From an uncultured Spirochaetales bacterium (GTDB lineage Bacteria; Spirochaetota; Spirochaetia; SZUA-6; CAZLRN01): DNA of 41,577 bases. The stretch lies in the NCBI GenBank assembly GCA_964561715.1, contig CAZLRN010000001.1, positions 1-41,577 on the forward strand, in the 5' to 3' direction. A program made the translations under genes and the position numbers. Under the pieces are notes generated by a model that made no database searches, was not told the origin of the DNA, and worked only from the letters and a program-made list of their open reading frames with translations. Position 1 is the stretch's first letter. Every line of letters begins with the position of its first letter. This document shows positions 40,035 to 41,577 of the stretch, in pieces.

Positions 40035-41577
40035 TTAGGCTCGGTATTTCCGAGCGGTCTCGTAAAACTTCTCTGCAAAGCTCTGCTGGCCCGTCCTCCC
40101 GTAAAGAACGGCTAGATTTTGATAGGCCCGCCAGTCCCCAGGAACAATAGCGATCACCTTTCGAAAGATCTCTTTGGCCTTCTCGTAGTGCCTGTTTCGC
40201 GAGTGGAGAACGCCGAGGGGAAGCAGAATGGATGGATTGTCCTTCATGAAGCTGTCTGCCCGGCTGAGCAATTCGATAGCCAGATCCGGATTGCCCGACT
40301 TATCGAGGCAACTCACCAATGAATGCAGCAGGGGAATGGAGCGGGGCTCATCTTTTAGAAGATCCCTGTAGATGACGGCGGCCTCAGCGAAGTTGTTCAG
40401 TCTGACATAGCAGAAGGCGAGCTTCTGTTTCATGAGTTTGTTCTTGGGATTGCGGGCAAGAATCGCAGCAATTTGGCGTGATGCTTCCTCATAGCTATCC
40501 GAAGCCATGAGCTTTTGAATGAACTCGTCCCGTTTCCTCCAGTCGCCGGGGAAGAGGACTGTGTATTTCGATAAGGTATCCTGTTGTTTTTCGATATCCC
40601 CCAACAACTCATAGGCTCTGATTAGGGCGAGGTAGCTCTCGCGGTGCTGGTTATCGAGCTTCAAGGTTCTTAAAAACCAACCCTCCGACAGCTCTGGCAA
40701 TCCAAGCTCGAGATACTGCTTTCCTAAAGCGTACATGAGGTTGGCGTCTGGGCCGAGCTCTCGGATCAAGCCCTGCAAGGTGCGAAGGACCTCCTCCGAG
40801 GCATCCCCCGACTGCGCAATGTAGAGCCCCTCGAAGTATCGAGTCATCCGGTCATCTGGAGCGATCCTTCGGATTCTCTTAGTCTCCCTTCGAAATCCTT
40901 CGTAATCCTTCAGGTGCCACAGTGACAGGGCGAGACCGTGATGGTAATCGAGGCGGCTTCGATCGACCTCGATGCTTCGCATAAAGTGGTTCCTGGCTTT
41001 TTCGAACTCCTCGAGATTGAGATAGGACTCCGCGATTATCGCGTGCGCATCATCATCACGATAGTTGGATTTTAGAACCTGCCTTCCGTATGAGATGGCA
41101 TTACGATACTGCTTTTCTCTGAAGAGGGTAATGGTGATGAGCTTGAGCAGAATATCAGGATCTTTGGTAAAGGGAGAACCTCCCAATAGGTCTTTGACTC
41201 GATCCAACTCGCTGAATGCAGATTGCACATCGCCACTACGAAGATAAACGAAGGCCTTGAGCATTGGGAAAACCGGATCATCGGGAGATAGCCGCGACGC
41301 AGTATCATAGTGACTGAGAGATTTGCCGTCCTGGCCTGTGAGCCGGTAAATCCTTCCAAGATAGAGGTGGGCGAGAATGGAGTCGTTTCGGTTTTCTTGG
41401 ATGAACCGGAAAATACTCTCTGCCTCGTCATACCGCTTTCTGTGGAAGGAGCGAATCCCCTTTACTAAAAGGGCATTGAGGTAGCCCGTGAACACCCTGT
41501 GGTTGTCAGGATCGATCTGCAGGGCGTTTTCAAAGTATCGAACCGCGAGCTCCGGCTTTTTTGTCTTCAGATAGGCC
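40035..41577 (-). CDS. TPR repeat protein, partial (N-terminus beyond the right edge)
   Basis: It contains many TPR units. My manual translation upstream of the track start (41495) stays open to the window edge and continues a TPR motif: AYLKTKKPELAVRYFENALQIDPDNHRVFTGY. Confidence 0.85.
   Translation of the reverse strand, partial: AYLKTKKPELAVRYFENALQIDPDNHRVFTGYLNALLVKGIRSFHRKRYDEAESIFRFIQENRNDSILAHLYLGRIYRLTGQDGKSLSHYDTASRLSPDDPVFPMLKAFVYLRSGDVQSAFSELDRVKDLLGGSPFTKDPDILLKLITITLFREKQYRNAISYGRQVLKSNYRDDDAHAIIAESYLNLEEFEKARNHFMRSIEVDRSRLDYHHGLALSLWHLKDYEGFRRETKRIRRIAPDDRMTRYFEGLYIAQSGDASEEVLRTLQGLIRELGPDANLMYALGKQYLELGLPELSEGWFLRTLKLDNQHRESYLALIRAYELLGDIEKQQDTLSKYTVLFPGDWRKRDEFIQKLMASDSYEEASRQIAAILARNPKNKLMKQKLAFCYVRLNNFAEAAVIYRDLLKDEPRSIPLLHSLVSCLDKSGNPDLAIELLSRADSFMKDNPSILLPLGVLHSRNRHYEKAKEIFRKVIAIVPGDWRAYQNLAVLYGRTGQQSFAEKFYETARKYRA

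Noticed and set aside
1-41577. A search by eye for CRISPR arrays, tRNA/rRNA genes, integrases, transposases and phage genes
   Set aside because: I saw no direct-repeat and spacer arrays, no cloverleaf-like tRNA candidates in intergenic regions, and no recombinase-like ORFs. Intergenic regions are short except 377-732, 18805-19030, 27363-27639 and 35455-35644. A proper tRNAscan or Rfam scan is still needed.

Overview
This window reads as a core-chromosome segment of a spirochaete, Treponema/Spirochaeta-like. The assignment rests on gene content: a roughly 900-aa long-form GreA, a cfpA-like gene next to ppdK, and many TPR, vWA and lipoprotein genes. Coding density is high and genes sit in tightly packed, often overlapping operons.

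Recognisable housekeeping genes:
- tmk-like
- queA-ruvB-ruvA-ruvC-yebC on the minus strand
- surE
- a RimI-like GNAT
- a ClpX paralogue
- lnt
- long-form greA
- an nrnA-like DHH phosphoesterase
- ppdK

I found no rRNA, tRNA, CRISPR array, transposase, integrase or recognisable defence genes.

Main things worth a second look:
1. A five-gene, translationally coupled envelope operon at 19031-24835. It holds two paralogous proteins (signal peptide, PEGA domain, C-terminal beta-barrel) interleaved with three lipoproteins. This is my best candidate for an undescribed system.
2. Two paralogous proteins with a vWA domain, a transmembrane helix and a beta-rich C-terminal domain. One is start/stop-coupled to greA. 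The other heads an operon containing a degenerate GlgC-like protein.
3. A GC-rich palindromic dispersed repeat present in two copies with conserved ends.
4. A cfpA-like locus in which two adjacent proteins carry Arg/Lys/Ala/Pro-rich basic segments.

All functional calls come from reading motifs in the supplied translations. No database search was possible, and exact start codons are uncertain in several genes.
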